Positions 52,105-61,795 of a DNA stretch of 64,000 bases are shown in pieces. Below the pieces are notes generated by a model. The model ran no database searches. It was not told where the DNA came from and was given only the letters and a program-made list of their open reading frames with translations. How positions within the stretch are numbered: position 1 is the stretch's first letter; every line of letters starts with the position of its first letter. The DNA is from a virus: IMG/VR virus record IMGVR_UViG_3300045141_000294; one strand, given 5' to 3'. Both the position numbers and the translations under genes were made by a program.

Positions 52105-52596
52105 TCAGAGGGCGCCGTACAGACGGGCGCAGGTCCGGACCATGAGCACGATGTGGGCGAGTTTGGTGCCGTCGATCAGGCTCTGCTGGGCCAGCGCCGC
52201 CCCCATCCTCTCGATGTCGGCCAGGGTGAAGTAGCGAGCCGTGGTGGCGTCGTGGTCGGTGGGCTTGCGCTTGAACTCCAGGGGCTCGCCGTCGAGGACG
52301 AAGTAGCCGTCCGGGAACCTCTGCTCGCCGGTCTTCTTGGACGGGGCGTCCGGCCTCATCCGCCAGCGCAGCCAGTCGGAGTTCTGGCCGAAGAACACCT
52401 GGGCCACGACCTTGACCGGGAACGAGGGAATCGGCATCCCGTCCTTGTCGACCCGGAACATGTCGTCGTAGAGCCACCAGTCGCGGTCGGGTGGGGTGAT
52501 CAGGTCCTGGGTGGTGAACAGGTACTGCGGGTCCTGGCCCGGCAGCATCTGCGGGTCCTGGTCCGGTGTCTCCTGCGGTATCTCGGTCATCGTCAT
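52105..52596 (-). CDS. MerR-like HTH DNA-binding protein
   Basis: VAQVFFGQNSDWLRW...RYFTLADIERM. Confidence 0.6.
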   Translation of the reverse strand: MTMTEIPQETPDQDPQMLPGQDPQYLFTTQDLITPPDRDWWLYDDMFRVDKDGMPIPSFPVKVVAQVFFGQNSDWLRWRMRPDAPSKKTGEQRFPDGYFVLDGEPLEFKRKPTDHDATTARYFTLADIERMGAALAQQSLIDGTKLAHIVLMVRTCARLYGAL

Positions 52597-52674
52597 GCGG
52601 TTCCCTCATGGTGGTGCACCCGGGCCGGGGTCTCTTGGACGAGGACCTCCCCGACCCGGGTGGCTGGTGGTGGC

Positions 52675-53442
52675 CTATCTGGCCTTGCGCGTGAACAGGC
52701 TGACCGAGGGCTTGCCCTGACGGGTCATCTTGGCGATGACGCGCAGAATCTCGTCGCGCAGATCGGGCTTCTCCAGAGCCGCCTGCTGGGCCTTGTTCTC
52801 GTCGAAGACCCGACGCTGGCGGGTCATCGCCAGGTAGACATCGCGGTCGATCTCGCCCTCCTCGTGCATCTGGTCCAGGACCGACTCGTCGGAGGTGACG
52901 GTGCCCTTGCGGTACTCCCGGCTCCAGTCCTGGTTGGTGCCGGGGATGTGCGTCCGCTCGGGGTTGCCGGGGCCGCACAGGATGTAGTGGCCGTCGGTGG
53001 TGCGGTCGGTGGCCTCGACGATCACCTGGCCGGTGCCCGGGTCGACGGTGGCCTTCTGGACCGCGATGTTGCGCTCCTCGGCGTCCACGTCCATGTGGTG
53101 CCGGATGATGGTCTTGAGGTGCTCGTCGCGGGTCTCCAGCAGCACCAGGATGTGCTTGAGCACGTCGCGCTCCTCGTAGACCGCGATCTTCTCCTCGTCG
53201 GTCAGGGTCCGGCGCTCGGTGGGCTGGACGACCATGAACACCTCGGGCAGCCGCTTGAGTGCCTCGGCCACATCCTCGGTGATCTCGACCGGTGCGGGCA
53301 CGGACGGGAAGGGCAGCGCCTCGGTCCGGGCCACGTCGGCCTGGTACGGCGCCGCCATCGCCTCGCGGACCTCCCTGAGGGACTTGCCCTGCTGGAGGGC
53401 GATCCGGCCCTGCTCGATGTACGGCTCGACCTGCTTGCTCAT
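52675..53442 (-). CDS. hypothetical protein
   Basis: First gene after a promoter module. Confidence 0.7.
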   Translation of the reverse strand: MSKQVEPYIEQGRIALQQGKSLREVREAMAAPYQADVARTEALPFPSVPAPVEITEDVAEALKRLPEVFMVVQPTERRTLTDEEKIAVYEERDVLKHILVLLETRDEHLKTIIRHHMDVDAEERNIAVQKATVDPGTGQVIVEATDRTTDGHYILCGPGNPERTHIPGTNQDWSREYRKGTVTSDESVLDQMHEEGEIDRDVYLAMTRQRRVFDENKAQQAALEKPDLRDEILRVIAKMTRQGKPSVSLFTRKAR

Positions 53443-53520
53443 GCGGCTCTCCTCGGTGATGTCTCTGGTTCCTCGACGGTACCAAGAAAAGTGGGGTCGC
53501 ACAAGGAAACCTTGGAGTGG
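53443..53520 (-). promoter_or_regulatory. conserved promoter + leader module (variant)
   Basis: TTCTTGG-TACCGT..CCAGAGACA..GGAGAGCCGC-ATG. Confidence 0.6.
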
Positions 53521-53577
53521 AAACAGAGAACCCCCACCAGGTCCAGGTGGGGGTGCTCAGTCTGGCGAGGCAGATGC

Positions 53578-53805
53578 TCAGGTCAGCGGCTCGGACTCGA
53601 CAGGAGGTACAGCGGGCGGCGCCGGGTCGATCTTGTTGGTCGGGGTCACGAACATCCGGGCCACGATCGCCAGGATCACCGCGACCACGGCCATGATCGA
53701 CCCGGTCTGCTCGTTGCTCAGGTTGATCCCGAAGGCCAGGAACAGCCCCAGCACTGCCTGCACCAGGGACTGGATCAGGACCGGCTCGTTCTTGACGATC
53801 TCCAT
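53578..53805 (-). CDS. holin (2 TM)
   Basis: EPVL..LVQAVLGLFLAFG...IMAVVAVILAIVAR..VTP; directly downstream of the endolysin. Confidence 0.8.
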   Translation of the reverse strand: MEIVKNEPVLIQSLVQAVLGLFLAFGINLSNEQTGSIMAVVAVILAIVARMFVTPTNKIDPAPPAVPPVESEPLT

Positions 53806-53818
53806 AGGCTCATACCCC

Positions 53819-54223
53819 TCACTTCTTGTGGTGCCTGTCCCAGTACGGATGCGGGATGGTGACCTCGTTGATGTCCCAGGCCCAGCCCGCGTAGCGCTCG
53901 TGCCAGTTCCGCTCGATGTAGCCCAGGTCGACCGTGGTGACCAGGCCGGAACGCGGGACGTCAGTGGTCCGAATCCTCCCGCCACCCAGGCTCAGCGCGA
54001 TGTGGCCGTAGCCGTGTGAGCCGCCCGTCCAGAACACCGCTGCGCCCCTGGGTGGGTGCCGGTCACCGGGGAACCGGTGGTTGGTGTTGAACCAGGCGAT
54101 GGCCGCAGTGCCGTACCGAGGTGGGATGCCAGCCCAGGTACGGACCTGGATCAGACAGGTACCAGGGATGTTGAACCGGTCGTTCTCGGCGTTGCGGGCG
54201 GCGACCGCTGCTCGGTTGGCCAT
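53819..54223 (-). CDS. endolysin, CHAP/NlpC-P60-type peptidase, single domain
   Basis: GTCLIQVR (Cys), PRGAAVFW..GYGHIALS (His), YAGW. Confidence 0.8.
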   Translation of the reverse strand: MANRAAVAARNAENDRFNIPGTCLIQVRTWAGIPPRYGTAAIAWFNTNHRFPGDRHPPRGAAVFWTGGSHGYGHIALSLGGGRIRTTDVPRSGLVTTVDLGYIERNWHERYAGWAWDINEVTIPHPYWDRHHKK

Positions 54224-54423
54224 CACGCCTCCCCGTCGTCGGCGTGCTTGTTCTGCTCGGGGTACTCGGTGCCCTCGGGGTCCTGGTCGGCCTTGGGGGG
54301 CTCTGGAGCACCCTCCTCGGGCTCGTTGTCCGGCTCGTCGGACAGGTCGGGAACGTCCTGGTCCTCGGTGTCGTCGCCCTCGTCGTAGACCTCGACCGGC
54401 TCGCTGCTCGGTGGTTCTGTCAT
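54223..54423 (-). CDS. 66-aa highly acidic peptide coupled to the endolysin
   Basis: RBS ggagagagcca; TGATG overlap. Confidence 0.6.
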   Translation of the reverse strand: MTEPPSSEPVEVYDEGDDTEDQDVPDLSDEPDNEPEEGAPEPPKADQDPEGTEYPEQNKHADDGEA

Positions 54424-54442
54424 TGGCTCTCTCCTGAAACGA

Positions 54443-54484
54443 CTGAATGCCCCTCAGCCCTTCGCAGGGCTCAGAGGCATTCAG
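54443..54484. terminator. hairpin between dinG and the lysis cassette
   Basis: ctgaatgcc/ggcattcag outer and agccct/agggct inner stems. Confidence 0.55.
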
Positions 54485-54489
54485 ACAGC

Positions 54490-54504
54490 ACCGCTTGAAG
54501 CGGT
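54490..54504. promoter_or_regulatory. perfect palindromic operator-like site
   Basis: accgctt-g-aagcggt. Confidence 0.5.
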
Positions 54505-54513
54505 ATGGAGAGA

Positions 54514-56469
54514 TCAGGCGTAGAACCCCCGGACCTCCTCGAAGGAGGTGGTGCGCGGGGACTGCGGCAGGCCCTTGACGATCTTGGCGCCGTAGCCAGT
54601 GCTGGAGAGCCGGGAGTCCAGGATCGCCACCACGCCCTTGTCGGCGGTGGTCCGGATCAGCCGACCGTAGGCCTGCTCCAGGGTCAGGGTCATCATCGGG
54701 ATGGTCATCCGGTTGAAGGAGGACCGGGGACCGTGCTGGCGCTCCACCTCATCGGCACGAGCCGAGATGATCGGGTCGGTCGGGACCGGGAAGGGCAACT
54801 TGTCGATGATCACCAGGCGGCAGGTGTCGCCCTGGAAGTCGACGCCGGTCATGAAGGACTTGAGCGCGAACAGCACCGAGTGGGTGTCGGCTGAGAAGCG
54901 CTCTGCCAGCACCTTGTTCGAGCCCTGGCCCTGGACGTAGGCGTTGAAGCCCTTGGCCTCCAGCCACGGGCTGAGGGCGTCGTAGGCGGCGTTCATGGCC
55001 GTGCGCGAGGTGAACAGCAGCAGGGCGCCGCCACCGGCAGCACCGATCAACTCCTGCATCGCCACGCCGGACCAGGTGAGCCAGGCGGCCCGCTCCTTCG
55101 ACGGACCGGGCACCTTGGCCTCGGGCACGAACAGCAGCGCCTGGGTGTCGTAGTCGAACGGGGTGCCGACCGAGAGGGTCTCGGTGCCAGCGGGCATCCC
55201 GAGCCGGTCGGCGATGTAGGAGAAGTCGTCGCCCACCGAGAGGGTGGCCGAGATCAGCACCGAGGGCACCCGGCTCCACAGCAACTGGTCCAGGTAGGCA
55301 CCGACGTGCACCGGGGCCGTCTTGAGGATCAGGCTGGTCTCACCGCGACGGCTGGTGAACTCCTCGACCCAGCGGACCAGGAGGCTGTCGTCGGAGGTGA
55401 TCGCCTCGGCCAACTTCTCGGCGGACGACGCGGCCCGGCGAGCCAGCCGGGTGCGCTTGCTCTCCTCCTTGAGGTCACCGGAGGTGATCCGGATGTCAGC
55501 GATCTCGTCGGAGAGGTTGTAGAGCGCCTCGATCAGCGCCATGAACGGCTCGGCGTTGTCGACGAAGAACCGGAGCGGGCGCCGGGAGGTCTTGTAGGTG
55601 CTGTCGTCCTCCAGGGTCTTCCAGGCATCGGACAGGGCCGAGGCCACCGCGAAGTCATGCTTGAGGGAGACGCCCTGGGCCTGGGCGAAGGTGAGTGCCT
55701 CGCCGACCAGCCGGTCGATCCCGGTACGACGGATGTCGGCGGCCAACTGGTTGGTCGCGATCTCCTCGGTCTCGTGGCCCTCGTCGATGACCACCAGGTC
55801 GTAGTCGCCGAGCATCGCCACGTTGCCGTCGGTCAACTCGCGGACCTTGAGGTCGGTCATCAGCATCGCGGTGTTGGTGACCACGACCTGGGCCTCCTTG
55901 CCGCGCTGCTTGGCGGCCTCGGCGAAGCAGATGTCGCCGAACGGGCACTGCTTCTTGCCGGGGCAGTCGTCGGCGGTGGAGGTGACCCAGGAGAAGTCCT
56001 CCTTGCTGACCTCGGTGGCGAAGTGCTCGCGGTCACCGGTATGGGTCGGGTCGGCCTCGATCTCGGCCAGCATGGCGCCGAGGTTGGGGACCTTGCGGGC
56101 CACGTCGGGGTCGTTGACCTTGGCCCGGCACAGGTAATTGGACCGGCCCTTGACCAGCGCGAAGGTGAACGGGACCCCGAGGTTCTCCTGGAGGAACGGC
56201 ACGTCCTTGTTGGCGTACTGCTCCTGGAGCGCGATCGTGGCGGTGGCCAGCACCGTCTTCTTGCCGGACAGGATGGCCGGGATCATCGCGGCCAGGGACT
56301 TGCCGGTACCGCACCCGGCCTCGGCCAGGCCGTGCCCGCCGTTCTTGATGATGTCCTCGATGAAGGCCGCCAGCGCCTGCTGCTGCGGGCGCTCGGTGTA
56401 GCCGGGGAGGCGCTCGGCCAGGACCGACTCGGCCTGGGCGAACGTCTTGATGGTGGGAACGATCTTCAC
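54514..56469 (-). CDS. dinG: DinG/YoaA-family SF2 helicase with Fe-S cysteines
   Basis: EAGCGTGKS, KGRSNYLC, CP...C...C, IDEGH, SATL, IDKLPF, QAYGRLIR. Confidence 0.92.
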   Translation of the reverse strand: MKIVPTIKTFAQAESVLAERLPGYTERPQQQALAAFIEDIIKNGGHGLAEAGCGTGKSLAAMIPAILSGKKTVLATATIALQEQYANKDVPFLQENLGVPFTFALVKGRSNYLCRAKVNDPDVARKVPNLGAMLAEIEADPTHTGDREHFATEVSKEDFSWVTSTADDCPGKKQCPFGDICFAEAAKQRGKEAQVVVTNTAMLMTDLKVRELTDGNVAMLGDYDLVVIDEGHETEEIATNQLAADIRRTGIDRLVGEALTFAQAQGVSLKHDFAVASALSDAWKTLEDDSTYKTSRRPLRFFVDNAEPFMALIEALYNLSDEIADIRITSGDLKEESKRTRLARRAASSAEKLAEAITSDDSLLVRWVEEFTSRRGETSLILKTAPVHVGAYLDQLLWSRVPSVLISATLSVGDDFSYIADRLGMPAGTETLSVGTPFDYDTQALLFVPEAKVPGPSKERAAWLTWSGVAMQELIGAAGGGALLLFTSRTAMNAAYDALSPWLEAKGFNAYVQGQGSNKVLAERFSADTHSVLFALKSFMTGVDFQGDTCRLVIIDKLPFPVPTDPIISARADEVERQHGPRSSFNRMTIPMMTLTLEQAYGRLIRTTADKGVVAILDSRLSSTGYGAKIVKGLPQSPRTTSFEEVRGFYA

Positions 56470-56545
56470 GGTGGCTCTCCTGGGTTGCTCTCTGGCTGGT
56501 GGTTCCAATCTACACCAAGAAAGCCTGGGGGAGAAGGGGTAGGGA
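56470..56545 (-). promoter_or_regulatory. conserved early promoter + leader module
   Basis: CTTCTCCC..TTCTTGGTG-TAGATT..GCCAGAGAGC..GGAGAGCCACC-GTG. Confidence 0.7.
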
Positions 56546-56554
56546 TGAAAACAT

Positions 56555-57610
56555 CTAGTTGACGATCTCGCCCCGGATCACCATCGGCTCGGTCGGCTCC
56601 TCGGCACCGGTCTGCCCCTGTTCGGCAAGCCTGACCAGCCGGTCACCCAACCCGGCCATCTTCTTCTCCAACTTGGTCCGGACGTAGGGGTTGGCCGACA
56701 GCACCGGCCACATCTGCTCCACCAGGTCCATCTTCTCGGCCACCTCATCCAACCAGCCGATGGCGTTGAACCCGGCCTCGGCCAGCATCCGGGTCTCGGC
56801 GGCCTTCTGGGCCTGCTCCCGCTTGGTCGTCACCCGGTCGTTCTTGAGGTCGATCAGCGCCTCCTGCAACTGCTCGAACGTCATCGCCACGTCCGGGCTC
56901 GACCACCGCAGGACCAGGTCCCCGTAGGGCTGGACAGTCGGCAGGAACTTCATGATCTCGCGGACCTTGGGGGTGCCGGTGGAGGTGATCACACCGGTCA
57001 CGATCTTGCGCAGGACGACCAACTTGCCGTCCTCGCTGACGTACTTGTTGGCCAGCACCGCCTCGGCCACAGCCGGGGTGATCTGACCGGAGTACAGGTA
57101 GCCCTGGGCCTCACCCGGCGCCTCGGACCACAGCCGGAGCAGGGTCACGTCCTTGAAGTGGGTCAGGCCCAGGTGCTCCTTGACCGACTTCGGGGTCCAG
57201 GTCGGGTGCTTGGCCAGCACCTCCCGGTACTCGTCCACCTGACGCTTGATCCTGGCGCCCCGGGCAGCACCGGCGCCAGGGGTCCGCCTCCGCAGCCGCG
57301 CCCGGTACGGGACGCTGGCGGTCATCCTCAGGTCGTTGCTGACGGTCTGCTGGTCGACGCCGAGGGCGGCAGCAGCGGAGCCGGTGGACAGCCCGGCCTC
57401 GGTCAGGTCCACGGATGCCTTCATCCGGTCCTCCTGGGAGTACGTGTGGTGGGGGAGTTCGACGGCGGCGAAGTCCTGCCACGTCCGGTGGCCCAGCGCC
57501 AGGTGGGCCTGACCCCGGAACGCCTCGATGACCAGAGGCACCGTGGAGACCGTGGGGGACTCGCTGATCCGCCGCACCAGGCGCTCTGCCTGAGCCTTGC
57601 TCATCTTCAT
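56555..57610 (-). CDS. HTH DNA-binding protein
   Basis: LGHRTW..F...E; GLSTGSAAAALGVDQQTVSNDL. Confidence 0.7.
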   Translation of the reverse strand: MKMSKAQAERLVRRISESPTVSTVPLVIEAFRGQAHLALGHRTWQDFAAVELPHHTYSQEDRMKASVDLTEAGLSTGSAAAALGVDQQTVSNDLRMTASVPYRARLRRRTPGAGAARGARIKRQVDEYREVLAKHPTWTPKSVKEHLGLTHFKDVTLLRLWSEAPGEAQGYLYSGQITPAVAEAVLANKYVSEDGKLVVLRKIVTGVITSTGTPKVREIMKFLPTVQPYGDLVLRWSSPDVAMTFEQLQEALIDLKNDRVTTKREQAQKAAETRMLAEAGFNAIGWLDEVAEKMDLVEQMWPVLSANPYVRTKLEKKMAGLGDRLVRLAEQGQTGAEEPTEPMVIRGEIVN

Positions 57611-57700
57611 GAAAACATGTTCTTTCGAGGAAGTTGTGGGGGAGCGGTGGTGCATACCCGCATCAGGCGGTGCCGCCGCCGCTCCCCCACATTGGTGAGG

Positions 57701-58504
57701 TCAGGCGTCGTCCTGGGACTCGCCGGACCCACTGGTGATTGCCGCCAGGTGACTGGTGACCTTGGTGTCGGTCAGGTCACTGATGGCGGCGTCGAGGGCC
57801 TTGACCTCCTCGGGGGTCTTGCCCTCGATCGCCTTGGCGTAGGCCGTGGCCCGCGCACTGTTGGACGCCACGATCCCGGCGTCGAGCGCGGCCAGCACCA
57901 TGGGTGCGGACTCGGGCACGGCGGTCATCCGGGCGTTGGCGTTGTTGGCTGCGTGCATCGACGCCGACCAGGCCCGCTTGACCTCGGGCTCCAGCACCAG
58001 CCGGTCGATCAGGTCGGCGGAGACCGCGACGGCCCACACCTGCACCTCGTGCTTGCTGGTGATCCCGGTGGTCTTGGACGTGTACTCGCGCCAGACCTTG
58101 GTCGCGACCAGGAACTTGCCCTTGGGCACCAGGTTGGTCTGGACGGCACCGTCGTAGCGGCCACCCAGCCTGGACTTGATGATCGAGCCGAGACCCACTG
58201 CCGGGTCGATGTAGAACTCGCGCTGGACCGTGCCCTCGGCGGGCATCTTGCGGTCGTCGTCGATCGGCAGCCCGGCGACGTTGTGCACCAGGTGGTCGAT
58301 GGCGAAGCCGTGCTCGACCACGTCCTCGATCGTGGAGCACTCGGGTGCAGCGGTGAAGGCCGAGGTGAGCACCTCGACCAGACCCGGGTTGAGGATGGTG
58401 AACTCGTTCGAGCCGGACTTCTTGACCGCGACCCCGTTGGCGACCAGCGCCTTCCAGTCCGCAGCGGTGAAGTGGTCGGTCTTGCCATCCATGCGCACGC
58501 TCAT
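57701..58504 (-). CDS. hypothetical protein
   Basis: Long coding-like ORF. Confidence 0.7.
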   Translation of the reverse strand: MSVRMDGKTDHFTAADWKALVANGVAVKKSGSNEFTILNPGLVEVLTSAFTAAPECSTIEDVVEHGFAIDHLVHNVAGLPIDDDRKMPAEGTVQREFYIDPAVGLGSIIKSRLGGRYDGAVQTNLVPKGKFLVATKVWREYTSKTTGITSKHEVQVWAVAVSADLIDRLVLEPEVKRAWSASMHAANNANARMTAVPESAPMVLAALDAGIVASNSARATAYAKAIEGKTPEEVKALDAAISDLTDTKVTSHLAAITSGSGESQDDA

Positions 58505-58607
58505 CGCGTGTACCTCTTCTCTGATGCAGGAACGTCGCATCACCACGGCAGTGCCCGCAAAAGCGGCTGCGAGAGGGACCGTACCAGCAAGCGTCCTTGG
58601 TGGGAAG

Positions 58608-58622
58608 ACCGTTTCAAGCGAT
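58608..58622. promoter_or_regulatory. third operator-like site
   Basis: accgttt-c-aagcgat, intergenic. Confidence 0.4.
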
Positions 58623-58629
58623 TCGGGTC

Positions 58630-59757
58630 CTACCCTGGGGTCGGGAACTCGTTCCTGACGGCCTCCAGGGCAGCCCGCAGGGCCTCACGAGGAGCGTTCT
58701 CCTCCGCCACCACGGCGTTGTAGACCTCGACCTCCAGCACGCCAAGGATCGTCTCCTCGACCCGCCTCTCGATCTCCTCGATCGACAGCGCCTCGACCTG
58801 CAACGTGCGGGTCTCACCCCTGCGCCACCAGCGGGCGTACTGACGCACCTGGTCGGCCTTGGCCTTGGTCGTGGTGTTGCCAGGATCGTCAAGGTCGTCG
58901 TCGATGATCGCCACCCGGATGACCTCGACATCCGCGAACCACGGAGGGCTGAAAAACTCGTCGGGCAGCACCTTCCTCAACCCGTCCTCCATCGCCGCAC
59001 CCGGTGCGTGCCAGGGCTCGTCCGGCAGCCGTCGGGGAAAGCACTGACAGGCGAGCCGGTACACCTCCTGCTCCGAGAGGGGCATGTCGCCCTCCACGAG
59101 GGTTTCGTACATGAACCAGCGTGCCGCCCAGGTCTCTGTGGCCGTGGCGATCAGGCTCGGCATGAACACCCCGGGCGGGTCGTAGTCGCCCACGTACAGC
59201 ACCGTGATCGGACGCTGCTCCTTGGCCATGATTCGGCCCAGGTTCATCCGCTGCTGGTCGGTGTTCGTGCCCGAGGACGACACCAGCATGCAGCCGTACT
59301 TGTCGGCCAGCGCACGCAGTCCCGGGATCGTGTCAGCAGCCTCGGTCCAGATCACGATCCGCCGCTGCTGCCCCTCCTGCCGGTCATGGACGTACATCCG
59401 CTTGAGGGCGTCGATGAGCACCTGCACGTACTCCGCAGGACCCGTGTAGGTCTCCGGGGTCTCGGTGGTGGACCGCCCGTCCACGATCGAGTCGGGATGG
59501 ATCAGGCCCGCGTCCCGCATCACCGTGATCGTGCTGCCGACGGCGCCGTCCAGGGCATCCTTGCTGGCGTACCCCTCGGTCTCCGGACTCTCCTGGTCGT
59601 ACAGCACGTAGGTGACACGCCGGGCGGTGCCGGGTCGGGTGAACCCGGCGACCGCCGCAGCGATCACCCCGGCCAACTTGATGACTCCACCGCGACCCCC
59701 CGCCTTGCCGCTGCCACCACGGTTGGCCAGGTCCCAGGCCTTGCCGAGCGCCGACAT
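58630..59757 (-). CDS. Topo VI-A/Spo11-like (DUF2399/mini-A-type) TOPRIM protein
   Basis: TARRVTYVLY, R.AGLI....IVDGR, IWTEA, LYVGDYDPPG, VEAL. Confidence 0.7.
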   Translation of the reverse strand: MSALGKAWDLANRGGSGKAGGRGGVIKLAGVIAAAVAGFTRPGTARRVTYVLYDQESPETEGYASKDALDGAVGSTITVMRDAGLIHPDSIVDGRSTTETPETYTGPAEYVQVLIDALKRMYVHDRQEGQQRRIVIWTEAADTIPGLRALADKYGCMLVSSSGTNTDQQRMNLGRIMAKEQRPITVLYVGDYDPPGVFMPSLIATATETWAARWFMYETLVEGDMPLSEQEVYRLACQCFPRRLPDEPWHAPGAAMEDGLRKVLPDEFFSPPWFADVEVIRVAIIDDDLDDPGNTTTKAKADQVRQYARWWRRGETRTLQVEALSIEEIERRVEETILGVLEVEVYNAVVAEENAPREALRAALEAVRNEFPTPG

Positions 59758-60026
59758 CAGGCGATCCGGTGGTAGCGGTCCGCGTCGCGGTAGCCAACGG
59801 TGACGATCAGGTTCTGCTCCGGGACCAGCACTACGTCGTAGTCGGGGTGCAGGTCCGAGGTGACGATCACCCGTTTCCCCCCGCCGTACTCGTTGGCAGC
59901 GGCCACGTCCCTGGTCACACTCCAGTGCCGGACGATGGCCTTGGCCACCTTGGTCGAGATGCCCATCTCGGCACACCGCTGCCGGGCGTGGTCGGAGAGC
60001 CGGGGGGTCGGCAGGTAGTCGCTCAT
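59757..60026 (-). CDS. DUF4258/RelE-like small protein
   Basis: LSDHARQRCAEMGIS...IVTV. Confidence 0.6.
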   Translation of the reverse strand: MSDYLPTPRLSDHARQRCAEMGISTKVAKAIVRHWSVTRDVAAANEYGGGKRVIVTSDLHPDYDVVLVPEQNLIVTVGYRDADRYHRIA

Positions 60027-60370
60027 GACCCCTCCAGGTCGTGAGCCGAAGCCTCCGCGAACGACGGGTACAGGTCGGGCCAGTCCTCACCGGGCTCCAG
60101 CGAGCAGATCGGGATGTCCCCGGTCAACACCGCCAGCCGGACGTTGGGGTGGGAGGACCCCTCGACGGCCAGCCACCCGGCACAGGCCCGCTCGCCGCCC
60201 TCAGGGCTCTTGTGGCAGGCGAACAGGGCGTTGCCGTAGTCCGGGCCGAACCCGGTGTCCTCATCGAGGCTGCTGGCCCTGAGGACTCCCCAGCGCTCCG
60301 GGGTGAACCGGCCCGACTGGGCGTCGACTCGCCACGGACACTCATCGCACGGACGCTTGATCCGCTTCAT
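60023..60370 (-). CDS. DUF6283-like Cys-rich protein
   Basis: PCDECPWR...FACH...CAGWL. Confidence 0.7.
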   Translation of the reverse strand: MKRIKRPCDECPWRVDAQSGRFTPERWGVLRASSLDEDTGFGPDYGNALFACHKSPEGGERACAGWLAVEGSSHPNVRLAVLTGDIPICSLEPGEDWPDLYPSFAEASAHDLEGS

Positions 60371-61794
60371 CACTCCCCCAGCCTGACGCTGGAGTCACGG
60401 AGCAGGGCGCCGAGGCGGCAGCACTCGTCGTGGAAGGCGTGGCTGAGGTGGTCGCTCACCCGGTCGTGGGCGAACTCGTGGATCAACAGGGCGTCGACCT
60501 TGTGCGGGTCGGCCTCGTTGAACCAGCGGTGCCCGAGCCGCATCAGGTTGAACGACAGGGTGCCCTGGCTGTACCAGGCCGCGAACGGCTGCGCGGTGCT
60601 GTGCATCTCGACGTACAAGTCCTCACCGATCAGGTCCTTGGCCAGCCGCTCGGCGTACTCGGCCACGCGGTGCATGGCCGGGGTCCACTTGCTCTCGTCC
60701 AGGGGCGGCTTGCCGTCCGCGCTGGTCTTCGGCCTGGCCGACGGGGTGACCTTGCCAGCAGGCCGGAGCACACCGGAGCGCTTGGCCTGCTCCCACTCGT
60801 CCCCGGACAGCGAGCCGCCGTGCACCACCGTGTAGCCCTGGAGCACCGCCTCGGCGTTGGCCTCGGAGTCGTGCGGGTCGTAGGCCACGGCCTTCTCCCC
60901 GAACCGCTGGGTCATCACCCGGGTCACGGCCTCGGGCTCGGCCCGCTTGTCGGAGGCTGCCTCCTTGACCCAGGTCGAGGTGGCGTCGGCCTCGGTGAGC
61001 AGGTCGTGGGTGCTGTTGAGCACCGCCACCCGGACCTCCCTCAGGTACGCCGGGGTCACGCCGTCCCGCTCGAAGGACAGCGGGACCTTCTGGGCGATGT
61101 CGATGTGCCAGCGGCCCTCGTGGATGACCACCGGGATGCCCATCTCGTACAGGTGCGGCTTCTCGTCGAGCAGCGGCTCGTAGAGCCGGACCGTGGTCTG
61201 GCGCTTCGACCGGCGCAGGATGCCGTCGGCGTCGGCGACCTCGGTGGTCAGGGCGGCGGTGAAGGTCCGGACCGGCTCCCGGGTCGAGAGCATCACGCCG
61301 TTGAGGGTGGTGACGATGCCCTTCGGCGGCAGCAGGGTCTCGATCAGGGTGAACACCTCGGCCCGCTCGGCATCGGTGAGCCGGATCAGAGCCTCGAACC
61401 GGGAGCCCGCGATCGTGGTCTTCCGGAGCCGCTTGCGGCCCTCGTCGCTGAACTCCCAGCCACCCCGGGTCGAGAGCACGGTGGCGCTGTCGCAGATGGC
61501 CAGCACCAACTTCTCGCCGAGGTTGAACCGGCCCCGCTTGGCGGCGTCGGTGACCTTGCCGCTGGGGGCGAACAGGGTGAAGGCGTGGGTCAGGTCGGCG
61601 AAGCCCTCGGGGGCGTCGTCCTCGACCACGAGCAGGGACCTGCCGCGCTTGGGAGCGTCGTGCAGGGTGACCGAGACCCGGGTCACCCCGTCCTCGTCCC
61701 AGGCGTTCTGGATCAACTCCAGGACGGCGCTGGCCTTCCCCTTGCGCTCCAGGATGGAGGCGAGGCCCTCCTTGTCGACGGCGAACCAGTCCAT
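60370..61794 (-). CDS. GHKL ATPase fused to a C-terminal HExxH zincin-like domain
   Basis: ELIQNAWD, VEDD..G, RGRFNLGEK; LLIHEFAH. Confidence 0.8.
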   Translation of the reverse strand: MDWFAVDKEGLASILERKGKASAVLELIQNAWDEDGVTRVSVTLHDAPKRGRSLLVVEDDAPEGFADLTHAFTLFAPSGKVTDAAKRGRFNLGEKLVLAICDSATVLSTRGGWEFSDEGRKRLRKTTIAGSRFEALIRLTDAERAEVFTLIETLLPPKGIVTTLNGVMLSTREPVRTFTAALTTEVADADGILRRSKRQTTVRLYEPLLDEKPHLYEMGIPVVIHEGRWHIDIAQKVPLSFERDGVTPAYLREVRVAVLNSTHDLLTEADATSTWVKEAASDKRAEPEAVTRVMTQRFGEKAVAYDPHDSEANAEAVLQGYTVVHGGSLSGDEWEQAKRSGVLRPAGKVTPSARPKTSADGKPPLDESKWTPAMHRVAEYAERLAKDLIGEDLYVEMHSTAQPFAAWYSQGTLSFNLMRLGHRWFNEADPHKVDALLIHEFAHDRVSDHLSHAFHDECCRLGALLRDSSVRLGE

Positions 61795-61795
61795 G

